Position numbers and translations under genes: made by a program
Notes under the pieces: generated by a model
Told to the model about the DNA's origin: nothing
What the model saw: only the letters and a program-made list of their open reading frames with translations
The model's database searches: none
Shown here: positions 34,908 through 43,484 of the stretch, in pieces
How the letters are laid out: the number at the start of each line of letters is the position of its first letter
Position numbering within the stretch: position 1 is the first letter of the stretch
Virus record (IMG/VR): IMGVR_UViG_3300044476_000120
Coordinates: 1 to 55,944 of that record
Length of the DNA stretch: 55,944 nt
Direction: 5' to 3' (one strand)
From: a virus
Lineage: Duplodnaviria > Caudoviricetes

Positions 34908-36443
34908 GTGTACCACAACTACATCTTCGACAGCGTCAACGACGCCCTGCCCGCCCTCCTCATGGACCTCCGGAAGAAGGGCGAGCACATCTCGTCCCGC
35001 GCTGGCGGCACCCATGAGTTGATGCACGTCGGCACCACGCTGACCACCCCGCTCTTCCGGGAGATCCTCGTCCCCGGGCGCAAGGCCTCGGTCGCCGCGC
35101 AGATCGCGGAGACGGCCTGGATCCTCGCCGGGCGGTCGGACATCGACTGGCTGGTCAACTACTTGCCCCGAGCCAGGGAGTTCTCGGACGACGGCCAGGG
35201 CTGGCGCGCCGGGTACGGGCAGCGGCTCCGGGCGTGGCCCCGGCGCGACGGAAGCGGCGACACGATCGACCAGTACCGTTGGGTCGTCGACCACCTGAAG
35301 CAGAAGCCCTCGTCCCGGCAGGCCGTCATGTCCATCTGGGACCCGGCGGTGGACACGACCCCGGGCAAGGACATCCCGTGCAACGACTGGCTGTCGTTCT
35401 CGTCCCGGCTCGGACGGCTCGACCTCCACGTCGCGGTCCGCTCCAACGACATCATCTGGGGCTGGTCGGGAATCAACCAGTTCGAGTGGTCGACGCTCCT
35501 GGAGGTCACCGCTGGCCTCTTGGGCGTCGGGGTCGGCTCTCTGCACTTCTCGACGACCTCGCTGCACCTGTACGACCACCACCTGAACCGGGCCCAGGAG
35601 ATCGCTGACTCGATGTCCTACGACTTCCGCTTCGGCAAGACGTCGCCCCGGTTCGATCCGGAGGCTCTGGAGTCTCGGGACGTCGATGGTCTCGATGCTC
35701 TGCTCGACGCCTGGTTCGCGCTGGAGGCCGGGATCCGGCTCGGTGCTGACTGCGACCGGGCGGTGGACCAGTTCCCCGAGCCCATGCTGCGCTCCTGGCT
35801 CCGTGTACTGCAGTGGTGGTGGACCGGCGACCGGGACTACCTCCAGCCCATCGAGGGCACCAACCTGGCGCTGGCCACCGAGGTCGGGGTCCAGCCCCCA
35901 GCGCGGGAGAACCCGCTCCCGATCGAGACGTCGGCGCCCACCGCCATCACGGAGGTCATGAGCGACTTCCTGGCCCACGCGATCAACATCCACGACGCCA
36001 AGTCGCTGGCCTACGGCAACTCCTGGAAGCGCCGTGGCGAGACCATCGGGATCATGGCGAACATCGCCCGGAAGGTGGACCGGCTCGGCGGTGCGGAGAC
36101 GGCGGACGAGACGTCCGCGGACACCGCGCTGGACCTGATGGTCTACCTGGCCAAGTACCTCTGCTGGATCTACGAGCAGCGCGGGTCCCTCCCCTCTGGG
36201 GCATCCGACAGCACGGACTTCGCCAACAACATCCTCAAGGCCGTCGAGAGCCACGACCTGGACCAGGAGCGCTACCGGGGCAACTACGAACTGGAGACCT
36301 ACCTGCGCAACTCGTTCGACGATCTGTCCGAGGTCGTCCAGTCGGACTTCGTCGACAGCCCGCTCAACCGCCGGGAGCCTCTGGTCCGGTCCATGCTCCG
36401 AGCCTCCTACGTGCTGGCTCGCAGGCTCTACGAGGCGTCATGA
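34908..36443 (+). CDS. Thymidylate-synthase-family dUMP hydroxymethylase with C-terminal Nmad1/DUF1599-like domain
   Basis: SRQAV, DIPCN, RSND..WG..N (Asn = dUMP type), SLHLY; C-terminal K..AYGNSWKRRG...RKVDRL. Confidence 0.85.
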   Translation: MYHNYIFDSVNDALPALLMDLRKKGEHISSRAGGTHELMHVGTTLTTPLFREILVPGRKASVAAQIAETAWILAGRSDIDWLVNYLPRAREFSDDGQGWRAGYGQRLRAWPRRDGSGDTIDQYRWVVDHLKQKPSSRQAVMSIWDPAVDTTPGKDIPCNDWLSFSSRLGRLDLHVAVRSNDIIWGWSGINQFEWSTLLEVTAGLLGVGVGSLHFSTTSLHLYDHHLNRAQEIADSMSYDFRFGKTSPRFDPEALESRDVDGLDALLDAWFALEAGIRLGADCDRAVDQFPEPMLRSWLRVLQWWWTGDRDYLQPIEGTNLALATEVGVQPPARENPLPIETSAPTAITEVMSDFLAHAINIHDAKSLAYGNSWKRRGETIGIMANIARKVDRLGGAETADETSADTALDLMVYLAKYLCWIYEQRGSLPSGASDSTDFANNILKAVESHDLDQERYRGNYELETYLRNSFDDLSEVVQSDFVDSPLNRREPLVRSMLRASYVLARRLYEAS

Positions 36444-37504
36444 CACAACTGGACTGGCGCCTGCCGGAGAACCGGAGAGAGGGCTTCCAGCGCTTCTACA
36501 CCCACAGCCTGTCCCACCTGTCCTTCCCGGGGATGGTGTACTCGATGTTGCCGGCGATCGCGGACGCCTTCCGTCTGGACGAGGATGGCCGCGCCTGGCT
36601 CGCCTGGCTGAACGGCAACACCCAGAACGTGGTCACGTCGACCCTCCTGCTGGAGGCCGCGCCGCGACCCCAGGACTGGAAGGATGCCGTCAACTTCTGG
36701 AACGAGCACTTCAAGGCGCTGGAGTGGGACACCGACCGGCGCCACCAGAAGTCGAAGTTCGGCGTGGCGACCGAGCAGTGGTTCCTGGACTACGGATACC
36801 GGCCAGCGGCGGACTGGGAGAAGGTCGGCGCCCGGGGCTGGGAGCACACCTGGAAGCACGCCAAAGACCAGCCCTACATGGGCCGTCTCTCGGCCTGGTC
36901 AATGCTCGAGTTCGCACGGATCCTGCTCGGCGCGGACGTCGTGCCGGACATGGGGACGTGGCTGCTAGACGACGTCTCCGGCTCCCGGTCTCACCGCAAC
37001 GGACTGGCCGTCATCGCCGGGCACGACGCCTGGTCTTGGCCAGCCGAGGCCCCGTCCATGCTCGGCATCGTCCCGGACCTTGAAGCGCTGGCGGACGACC
37101 TGCTGGCAGAGGCCAGGGACCGCAACCCCGACGACCCCATCGTGTCTCATCTGACTATCGAGTCGGCGCTGTGCACGTACAAGTCGCACTACAAGGAGAA
37201 CCGTCGCTACCCCAACGTCTACGCCGACATGATGTACAACCGGATCCGCAAGGCGGAGGTCCGGTTCGGGCGTCGGCTCGAGTTGATGTGGGACATCCGC
37301 CAGCGCACCCTCCCGGACTACCTCCGGCTGGAGGACAACCCGCGCGACCCCGGGCTCGCCCCGGTGAAGCAGAACCACTTCCGGGAGACCGGGGAGTTCA
37401 TCTTCCTCCACCGCGAGTGGCTGGACACGGAGCCGAGCACGTTCGATCTCGATCTCGAGGCCGGGCGCTTCCCAGTACGGAAGGACCCGTCGTGGGCACT
37501 GTGA
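36440..37504 (+). CDS. Amino acid:DNA transferase (AADT; aGPT-Pplase2 family)
   Basis: DWRLPENRRE.F, WDTDRR..K, GRLSAW..LE, GSRSHRNGL, ESALCTYK, RRYPNVY.DM. Confidence 0.85.
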   Translation: MTQLDWRLPENRREGFQRFYTHSLSHLSFPGMVYSMLPAIADAFRLDEDGRAWLAWLNGNTQNVVTSTLLLEAAPRPQDWKDAVNFWNEHFKALEWDTDRRHQKSKFGVATEQWFLDYGYRPAADWEKVGARGWEHTWKHAKDQPYMGRLSAWSMLEFARILLGADVVPDMGTWLLDDVSGSRSHRNGLAVIAGHDAWSWPAEAPSMLGIVPDLEALADDLLAEARDRNPDDPIVSHLTIESALCTYKSHYKENRRYPNVYADMMYNRIRKAEVRFGRRLELMWDIRQRTLPDYLRLEDNPRDPGLAPVKQNHFRETGEFIFLHREWLDTEPSTFDLDLEAGRFPVRKDPSWAL

Positions 37505-38379
37505 TCTCTGACCCCTACGCGCTCACCCCGTGGGAGGAGCGCAACGGAATCTGGTACAAGCGAGAGGACTACCATCGCAACGCCTACGGCGTGAACGGGG
37601 CCAAGTACCGAGCCTGTGGCCACCTGATCGGGAAGGCCGTCGTAGAGCAGGGAGTCGACTGGGTCGTGTCGGCGCAGTCAGTCCACTCGCCGCAGGCCGC
37701 CATCGCCGCGACGCTGGCCGAGCAGATGGGCCTCGGGTGCACGATCGTCATCGGGGCGAGCAAACCCGAGACCGCCGTGAAGCACCGCTCGATCGACATC
37801 GCGGTCCGGGCCGGTGCCATGCTCGACACGTCCTGCCGAGTGGCCTACAACGGCGTGATCCAGCCGCACGCTCAGAGGCTTGCGGAGGCCCTGGGCGCGT
37901 ATCAGGTGCCCTACGCCATCAGCCTGCCCGCCGACGCCTCCTCTCGGGATGCTCGGGACTTCCTCGACGTGGGCGGGAGCCAGGCCCGGGGCGTACCGGA
38001 GTCGGTAGAGACCCTGGTGCTGACATTCGGCTCTGGCAACACAACAGCCGGGGTGCTCTACGGCCTGTCCAGGTACGCGGAGCATCTCCCGTCTCGGGTC
38101 GTCCTCGTGGGGGTCGGGCCGGACCGCACGCAGTACCTCTGGGACCAGTTGGAGAAGGCTGGCGCAGCGGAGATCCGGCACCAGGTTGAGATCGTGCACA
38201 TGCCGCTCCAGGGATGGTTCGTCGAGTACGCCGACCTGATGCCCGAGACGCTGGACGACATCGTCATGCACCCCCGGTACGAGGGCAAGGTCGTCCGCTT
38301 CCTCAACACCGCGCAGCCCGACTGGTGGACCGTCCGGGACGGGTCCGTCGGCTTCTGGATCGTGGGTGGCCCGCTGTGA
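37501..38379 (+). CDS. PLP-dependent enzyme (fold type II), putative DNA-base decarboxylase
   Basis: LTP, KRED, NGAK.R, SPQ, GSGN, HPRYEGK, FWIVG. Confidence 0.82.
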   Translation: MISDPYALTPWEERNGIWYKREDYHRNAYGVNGAKYRACGHLIGKAVVEQGVDWVVSAQSVHSPQAAIAATLAEQMGLGCTIVIGASKPETAVKHRSIDIAVRAGAMLDTSCRVAYNGVIQPHAQRLAEALGAYQVPYAISLPADASSRDARDFLDVGGSQARGVPESVETLVLTFGSGNTTAGVLYGLSRYAEHLPSRVVLVGVGPDRTQYLWDQLEKAGAAEIRHQVEIVHMPLQGWFVEYADLMPETLDDIVMHPRYEGKVVRFLNTAQPDWWTVRDGSVGFWIVGGPL

Positions 38380-39050
38380 CCGCATCCGTCTACGTCATCG
38401 GTGGCGCCGGTACCGGCAAGTCCACCTTCATGGCAGCGCTCCTGGGCCCCCGGGCAGCCGCTCTCGGGCCGCTCGAGGACCTCCACGCCAAGCCCAACAC
38501 AAAGTCACTGGTGACCCTGCGAGGGCACCGTCTCGGCACGGATGGGATGTACCTGGGGTGCATGCGGGACGAGTACCCGGGCACCGACGGCCTGGACCGG
38601 GCGTCGTCCCCCGTGGGCAAGGAGTGGCTAGAGCAGGGAGGGCTCCGGGGCATCGCCTGGTTGGTCGGAGAGGGAGCCACGCTGGCCACCCGACCTTTCA
38701 TGCACGCGCTGGCGGAACACAGCAGCCTACTGCTCATCCATCTGTTCGCCGACGACTTCGTCAAGGACCTCCGGTTCGTCGAGCGCGGATCGTCTCAGGC
38801 GGACTCCTTCGTGACGGCAACCGCGACCCGATCACGCAACCTGGCGCTCGAGATGGCCACGGTCCGGGCCCGGGTCTGGGACGTCGACAGCGCTGACCCG
38901 GAGGAGTGGACGCAGGCTCTCGACGTTGCGACGGACCACCTTGGGAAACTCTTTCAAGAAAGCTGGTCCGGGCGCGGCAACGACAGCAAGCGGTCCGAGC
39001 AGGACGCCGTCCGTGGGTGGGCGCAGGACCAGGCCCAGCGCCTCTTCTGA
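38376..39050 (+). CDS. P-loop nucleotide kinase (putative 5-hmdUMP kinase)
   Basis: GGAGTGKST, GTDGL, GEG; cluster context. Confidence 0.78.
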   Translation: MTASVYVIGGAGTGKSTFMAALLGPRAAALGPLEDLHAKPNTKSLVTLRGHRLGTDGMYLGCMRDEYPGTDGLDRASSPVGKEWLEQGGLRGIAWLVGEGATLATRPFMHALAEHSSLLLIHLFADDFVKDLRFVERGSSQADSFVTATATRSRNLALEMATVRARVWDVDSADPEEWTQALDVATDHLGKLFQESWSGRGNDSKRSEQDAVRGWAQDQAQRLF

Positions 39051-39129
39051 TCCATCCATGCAGCACCCCCGGGCCGGTACCCCGGGGGTGCTACCCTTGT
39101 ACCTGACGGAACCGACAGAAGGGAACCCC

Positions 39130-39504
39130 ATGCTCGCCCGAGAGAAGTGGCAGATCAAGACCATCGACGTCCTGGAGAGGGTCTTCGAGGAGCGCAAGCG
39201 CCAGATGGCTATGTACGGCACCAACGAGGATCTCGAGGACGGGACAGGACCGTCTCGCGCCTGGCTCCTGCCGTTCACCGACGCGCCAGCGGACGAGGTG
39301 GAGAAGGGCTTCCGTCGGAACTACGAGGCGCACGAGGAGATCACCGGGAAGCCGACGTGGATGCACCTGGTCCGCGAGGAGTTGGCGGAGGCCTTCGAGA
39401 TGGACGGAGACGACCCCGAGTTCGTCACCGAGATCCTGCAGGTCGCTGCGCTCTGCGTCTCTTGGGCGGAGAAGAAGTTGCAGGACCCGGTACGAGGACG
39501 GTAA
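39130..39504 (+). CDS. MazG-like (all-alpha) NTP pyrophosphohydrolase
   Basis: ER.RQ...G, REELAEAF, EILQVAA. Confidence 0.72.
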   Translation: MLAREKWQIKTIDVLERVFEERKRQMAMYGTNEDLEDGTGPSRAWLLPFTDAPADEVEKGFRRNYEAHEEITGKPTWMHLVREELAEAFEMDGDDPEFVTEILQVAALCVSWAEKKLQDPVRGR

Positions 39505-39592
39505 TCGTCCGAACGCGGACGGTTACGGGACCGTTGCATAGGGTAACCTTCAGTCCGGGTCCCTCACGTTCTCAAAGATGGGTTGCGTTCAG

Positions 39593-40009
39593 ATGAGATT
39601 TGACGATGTCGAGCACGCTGCGGTCATCCTGGGAATCTTCCTCACTCTGCTGGGAATCGCCAAGGCGATCACCGCCTGGCGAGAGCAGCGGGACGAGGCC
39701 ATCTGCGCGCGGGCCCTGCAGCAAGAGGCTCTGGGTCGGGTTCTGAAGCAGTTCGAGAACAACGGCGGGAGCAGCCTCCTCGACAAGGTAGAGGAAGGGA
39801 ACCGGAAGACCGAGTCCATCGCGGCGATGCTGGACGACCACGTCAGCACAGCCGAGGACTACTGGGCCACGAACAACCGGGCCCTCGAGGCTCTGAACCG
39901 CCGAGTCGATGGGATGTTCGAGCAACTGCTGGCTCGGTCGAACGCCAACTCCCCAAGGAAGACAGCAGACCGCCACGCGTCCCGGACCGCCACTCCAGAC
40001 GAGGTCTGA
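39593..40009 (+). CDS. Membrane protein (DUF2746-like, possibly lysis-associated)
   Basis: N-terminal TM helix; NNGGSSL.D motif. Confidence 0.65.
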   Translation: MRFDDVEHAAVILGIFLTLLGIAKAITAWREQRDEAICARALQQEALGRVLKQFENNGGSSLLDKVEEGNRKTESIAAMLDDHVSTAEDYWATNNRALEALNRRVDGMFEQLLARSNANSPRKTADRHASRTATPDEV

Positions 40010-40120
40010 GAAACTCGTACAAGAAAGTTAGCGATCGGGGTAGCGTTCCAGGTCTGGGTACGCTATCGTTCTTCTCGTGGGGCCCAACCGGGGGCCCCCG
40101 GAACCGGAAGGAACCACCCC
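40010..40120 (+). promoter_or_regulatory. Repeated promoter cassette, copy D
   Basis: GAAACTCGTACAAGAAAGTTAGCGATCGGG-GTAGCG-N18-TATCGT, GGGCCC hairpin, GAAGGAACC. Confidence 0.85.
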
Positions 40121-41113
40121 ATGTCCGACGCAATCGACACCACCGACGGCCAGTCCTCGTTCGTCTCGGCGCACACCGCCGCGTGGCACCTGCTGGGCCA
40201 GACGCTCGACCACTCCTTCACCGCTGAAGAGGCGATGACCGAAGGCCTGCTGGGCAACTGGAACGTCCGCAAGGCTCCGCTGTTCGCCGAGGTCGCCGGC
40301 AAGCGGCTCGTCGTCCCCGGGATGAACGCCATCGTCCGCGACAACCCGGTCCGCGCCGGGCAGGTCGACCTCCTCTCCACCTACGGGGTGTCGGACGCAT
40401 ACCAGATCGTGCAGAACGAGGAGCACGCAGCCTTCCTGAACGCGCTGGTCGATGAGTCCGGCGCGCACTTCGACACCGCTGGCTCGATCCACGGTGGCCG
40501 CCAGGTCTTCATCACGATGAAGTTGCCGGGCCATATCAACATCGGCGGAGTCGACCCGATCGAGAACTACATCGCCGCTGTCAACTCGCACGACGGCTCG
40601 ATGGCCTTCACCCTCATGGTGACGCCGGTCCGGATCGTCTGCGCGAACACCCTCAACTGCGCGTTCCAGGACAACAGCCACATCATCCGGACGCGCCACA
40701 CGAGCGGCATCCGGGAGAACCTCGTCGTCAAGGCGCGCAAGGCGCTGGACGTCTCGTTCAAGTACCTGGATGCGTTCCAGGAGGAGGCCGAGCGGCTCAT
40801 CAACACGGTGATGACCCAGCAGCAGTTCGAGGCCATCATCGAGAAGGAGTTCGGTCCTGCGGACGACGCGCCAGCGGCGACCTACACCCGGGCCATGAAC
40901 AAGGTCGCGGAGATCCAGGAGTTGTTCGCCGACGCTCAGACGCAGGACGGGATCCGCGACACGGCATGGGCCGGGTTCAACGCCCTGACCGAGTGGGCCG
41001 ACCACATGTCCCCCAGCCGGGGCGACGACCGCGACGCCAGCCGGGCGATCCGCGCCATCATGGACCCGGGCTTCAAGACCCGGGCGCTCAACCTGATGCT
41101 CGCCAACGCCTGA
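40121..41113 (+). CDS. DUF932 family protein
   Basis: AWH.LG, YQIVQN, TAGS..GG, NSHDGS, TPVRIVCANT, TAWAGFNALTE. Confidence 0.88.
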   Translation: MSDAIDTTDGQSSFVSAHTAAWHLLGQTLDHSFTAEEAMTEGLLGNWNVRKAPLFAEVAGKRLVVPGMNAIVRDNPVRAGQVDLLSTYGVSDAYQIVQNEEHAAFLNALVDESGAHFDTAGSIHGGRQVFITMKLPGHINIGGVDPIENYIAAVNSHDGSMAFTLMVTPVRIVCANTLNCAFQDNSHIIRTRHTSGIRENLVVKARKALDVSFKYLDAFQEEAERLINTVMTQQQFEAIIEKEFGPADDAPAATYTRAMNKVAEIQELFADAQTQDGIRDTAWAGFNALTEWADHMSPSRGDDRDASRAIRAIMDPGFKTRALNLMLANA

Positions 41114-41123
41114 CCTGGCACCC

Positions 41124-41164
41124 TTCGGGGCCCCCGTGGGAGACGATTCCACGGGGGCCCCGAA
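41124..41164 (+). terminator. Stem-loop terminator abutting cassette E
   Basis: 16-bp IR TTCGGGGCCCCCGTGG/CCACGGGGGCCCCGAA. Confidence 0.65.
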
Positions 41165-41271
41165 ACTCGTTCAAGAAAGTTAGCGATCGGACTAGCGCCA
41201 GCGTCCTCCGGTACGCTAAGATGAAGGTGCTGGGCCCAACCGGGGGCCCCACGGAACCGAAGGAACCGATC
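41162..41271 (+). promoter_or_regulatory. Repeated promoter cassette, copy E
   Basis: GAAACTCGTTCAAGAAAGTTAGCGATCGGA-CTAGCG-N19-TAAGAT...GAAGGAACCG. Confidence 0.85.
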
Positions 41272-41898
41272 ATGTCGCAAGCACGCCTCTACCACACCAA
41301 GAAGTCCCGCAAGGTCTGGACCTGCTCGTCCTGCCACGAGGAGATCCCCGTGGGCTCGCCGGTCATCTCGTTCGCAGTCGGCTTCCGCGGGTGGGAGCAG
41401 AAGCGCTGCAGCAAGCCCGGGTGCTACCCGACCCCGTCGCAGCGCGAGTCCTCCCTGGTCGCTGGCGTCTACAGTGCCCAGGAGAGCGCGGAGCCGAACA
41501 TCGAGAGCGCCGGGTGCCTGGACGACCTGTACTCCATCCGTGACGAGGTCGCGGACGCCTGCGACGAGGTCGCGGACGAGTACGAGGGCAACGAGATGTA
41601 CGACATCAACTACGACCTCCAGGAGCGCGCCGAGGCCGTCCGCTCCGCTGGCGACGAACTGCGCAACTGGGAGCCGGACGAGGACGAGCCTCAGGAGGAC
41701 GAGGACCAGTTCCAGGACGAGAAGTGCGAGGAGTGCGACGGCACCGGGACGACCGAGAACGACGAGGCCTCCTGCACGCACTGCGACGGCACCGGGTACA
41801 TCGGCGAGCGCGAGGACTACGACGACGAGCACGACACCTGGCTCGAGGCCGCGAAAGAGTCGCTGCGCGAGGCGATCAGCAGCATGGAACTTCCGTAG
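41272..41898 (+). CDS. Very acidic protein with DnaJ-type CxxCxGxG zinc finger
   Basis: CEECDGTG, CTHCDGTG; N-terminal CSSC...C...C. Confidence 0.8.
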   Translation: MSQARLYHTKKSRKVWTCSSCHEEIPVGSPVISFAVGFRGWEQKRCSKPGCYPTPSQRESSLVAGVYSAQESAEPNIESAGCLDDLYSIRDEVADACDEVADEYEGNEMYDINYDLQERAEAVRSAGDELRNWEPDEDEPQEDEDQFQDEKCEECDGTGTTENDEASCTHCDGTGYIGEREDYDDEHDTWLEAAKESLREAISSMELP

Positions 41899-41910
41899 CC
41901 CGAACGGCCC

Positions 41911-41949
41911 AGAAGAGACCCCCGGCATGGCGCGCCGGGGGTCTCTTCT
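41911..41949 (+). terminator. Intrinsic terminator
   Basis: 16-bp IR AGAAGAGACCCCCGGC/GCCGGGGGTCTCTTCT, pyrimidine tail. Confidence 0.7.
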
Positions 41950-41976
41950 CCATCTCTCTAGGTACCATTGCACCCC

Positions 41977-42417
41977 ATGTCTCACGCTCCGCGGACCTGC
42001 TCCGGATGCGGGGAGGCGCTGGCCCAGCGGCCCGCTGAAGACGTCAAGTCGTTCCAGCGTCGACGGACCTGCGGATCCAGAGAGTGCATCTCAGCCGCCA
42101 AGCGGAAGGGCTCGTTCGGAGTCCGAGACGCACCCCCACGAGAGCGGTCCCGGGAGAAGGCCTGGCTCGACCGGCTGGCGATGGTCGAAGAAGCGCGCGG
42201 GACGATGGAGTTCGAGAAGTCTGAACTCGTGCGCGCTGCGCGCCGGGCAGCGCCGACGGTACCTGCAAGGGTCCTCGCAGACGTTCTCCGGGAGGTCGAG
42301 CCGCTCATCGCAGCGAACGTGAGGTCAGCCGTTCTCGCGGCCTTCGCAGACGCTGCTCGACCGTTCCTCCCGAGTTGGGTCCCTCCGGAGGAACGGATGG
42401 GCGAGAAAGTTTCCTAA
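41977..42417 (+). CDS. Hypothetical zinc-finger protein
   Basis: CSGC...CGSREC; the stop TAA forms the 5' edge of cassette F. Confidence 0.6.
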   Translation: MSHAPRTCSGCGEALAQRPAEDVKSFQRRRTCGSRECISAAKRKGSFGVRDAPPRERSREKAWLDRLAMVEEARGTMEFEKSELVRAARRAAPTVPARVLADVLREVEPLIAANVRSAVLAAFADAARPFLPSWVPPEERMGEKVS

Positions 42418-42510
42418 GAAAGTTAGCGATCGGACTAGCGTCCTGCCCCGGAGTACGCTAACCTGAGGTTGTTGGGCCGGACCGGGCCCACGGAACCGAA
42501 GGAACCGAAG
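42405..42510 (+). promoter_or_regulatory. Repeated promoter cassette, copy F
   Basis: AAGAAAGTTAGCGATCGGA-CTAGCG-N18-TAACCT...ACGGAACCGAAGGAACCGAAG; nearly identical to copy A. Confidence 0.85.
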
Positions 42511-42753
42511 ATGACCGAGAACACCGCAGCCCTCCGCAGGGTCCGGAAGTCGTTCGAGATGGCGACCGGGCTCCGCACCTACTCGATCTCCTGGATCAAC
42601 CGGGGCGAGAAGGATCTCTTCGAGGCCGACGCGCCGTGGGCCGAGAGCCACCACGACGCTGTCCTCGAGTGGATGACCGCAGCCGAGGCCGCGTCCGGCA
42701 AGAGCCTCGACGTCGACATCCGCAACACCCGGATGACCATCCGGTTCGCCTGA
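42511..42753 (+). CDS. Hypothetical protein, first gene of cassette F
   Basis: ATG directly after the cassette RBS. Confidence 0.75.
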   Translation: MTENTAALRRVRKSFEMATGLRTYSISWINRGEKDLFEADAPWAESHHDAVLEWMTAAEAASGKSLDVDIRNTRMTIRFA

Positions 42754-42848
42754 CACTCCCCATCCGACGGGGGACGACGGAACCGCATCCCCCGTCGGGT
42801 ACGCTCAATCCTGAAACCCAAGCAAGCCCCAACCGAGAGGAACCGATC

Positions 42849-43484
42849 ATGAGCACCACCAGCACCCCCGCCCAGATCCTCGACCACCTGATGTCCGGAG
42901 CGACAGGAACGTCCCGCGAGATCGCCGACGCGCTTGGCCGGGACCCCAAGAAGGTGTCCAGCGCGCTGTCCCGGATGGCCAAGGCAGGCATCGTGGCCAA
43001 GGACGGCAACAACTTCTTCTACGACGGCCCCGAGACGGCCGAGGAGACCGTCTCCGAGCCCGAGCAGGCCGAGCCGGTCGCCGCTGAGGCCCCGGCCGAC
43101 GAGGCCACGGAGGAGACCGTCTCGGAGCCCGAGCCTGTCTTCACCGGCGTCATCGACTTCCCCGGCAACTACTCGATCGCCTTCGCCCCGGGAGCCGTCC
43201 GGATCGCCGAGGCCGCTGGCGTCCGCACCAAGGTCGTGAACGTCCCTGGTCGCCTGAACCGGAAGGTCTACTTCGAGGACGGCGAGATGGCCGATGCGGT
43301 CGTCGCCTTCATCAACCAGAACGTCCCTGCCGTCCTCGCCGGGCTCAAGGCGTGGCAGAAGGAGAACATCGAGTCGCGCCGTGGCCTGACCGACATGCAG
43401 AAGTACCTGCAGCACCGCGAGTACATCACCATCGAGATGAACCGGCTCGCCGGGTTCATCACCGAGAGCGGGGTCGGGGCATGA
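42849..43484 (+). CDS. Winged-HTH protein with C-terminal domain paralogous to the DUF2786 protein
   Basis: TSREIADALGRDPKKVSSALSRM..AG; acidic linker; GNYSI and LK.WQ.E..RR..TDM.KY shared with 11941-12693. Confidence 0.8.
   Translation: MSTTSTPAQILDHLMSGATGTSREIADALGRDPKKVSSALSRMAKAGIVAKDGNNFFYDGPETAEETVSEPEQAEPVAAEAPADEATEETVSEPEPVFTGVIDFPGNYSIAFAPGAVRIAEAAGVRTKVVNVPGRLNRKVYFEDGEMADAVVAFINQNVPAVLAGLKAWQKENIESRRGLTDMQKYLQHREYITIEMNRLAGFITESGVGA

Noticed and set aside
34908-36443. dCMP hydroxymethylase (hmC pathway)
   Set aside because: The specificity residue after RSND..WG is Asn (dUMP type), and the neighbours are hmU-acting enzymes
11778-42510. Cassettes as integron attC sites (GTTAGC...GCTAAC)
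   Set aside because: Core sites are in the opposite order to attC, GCTAAC is present in only three copies, no tyrosine recombinase is encoded, and the promoter/RBS reading explains the conservation
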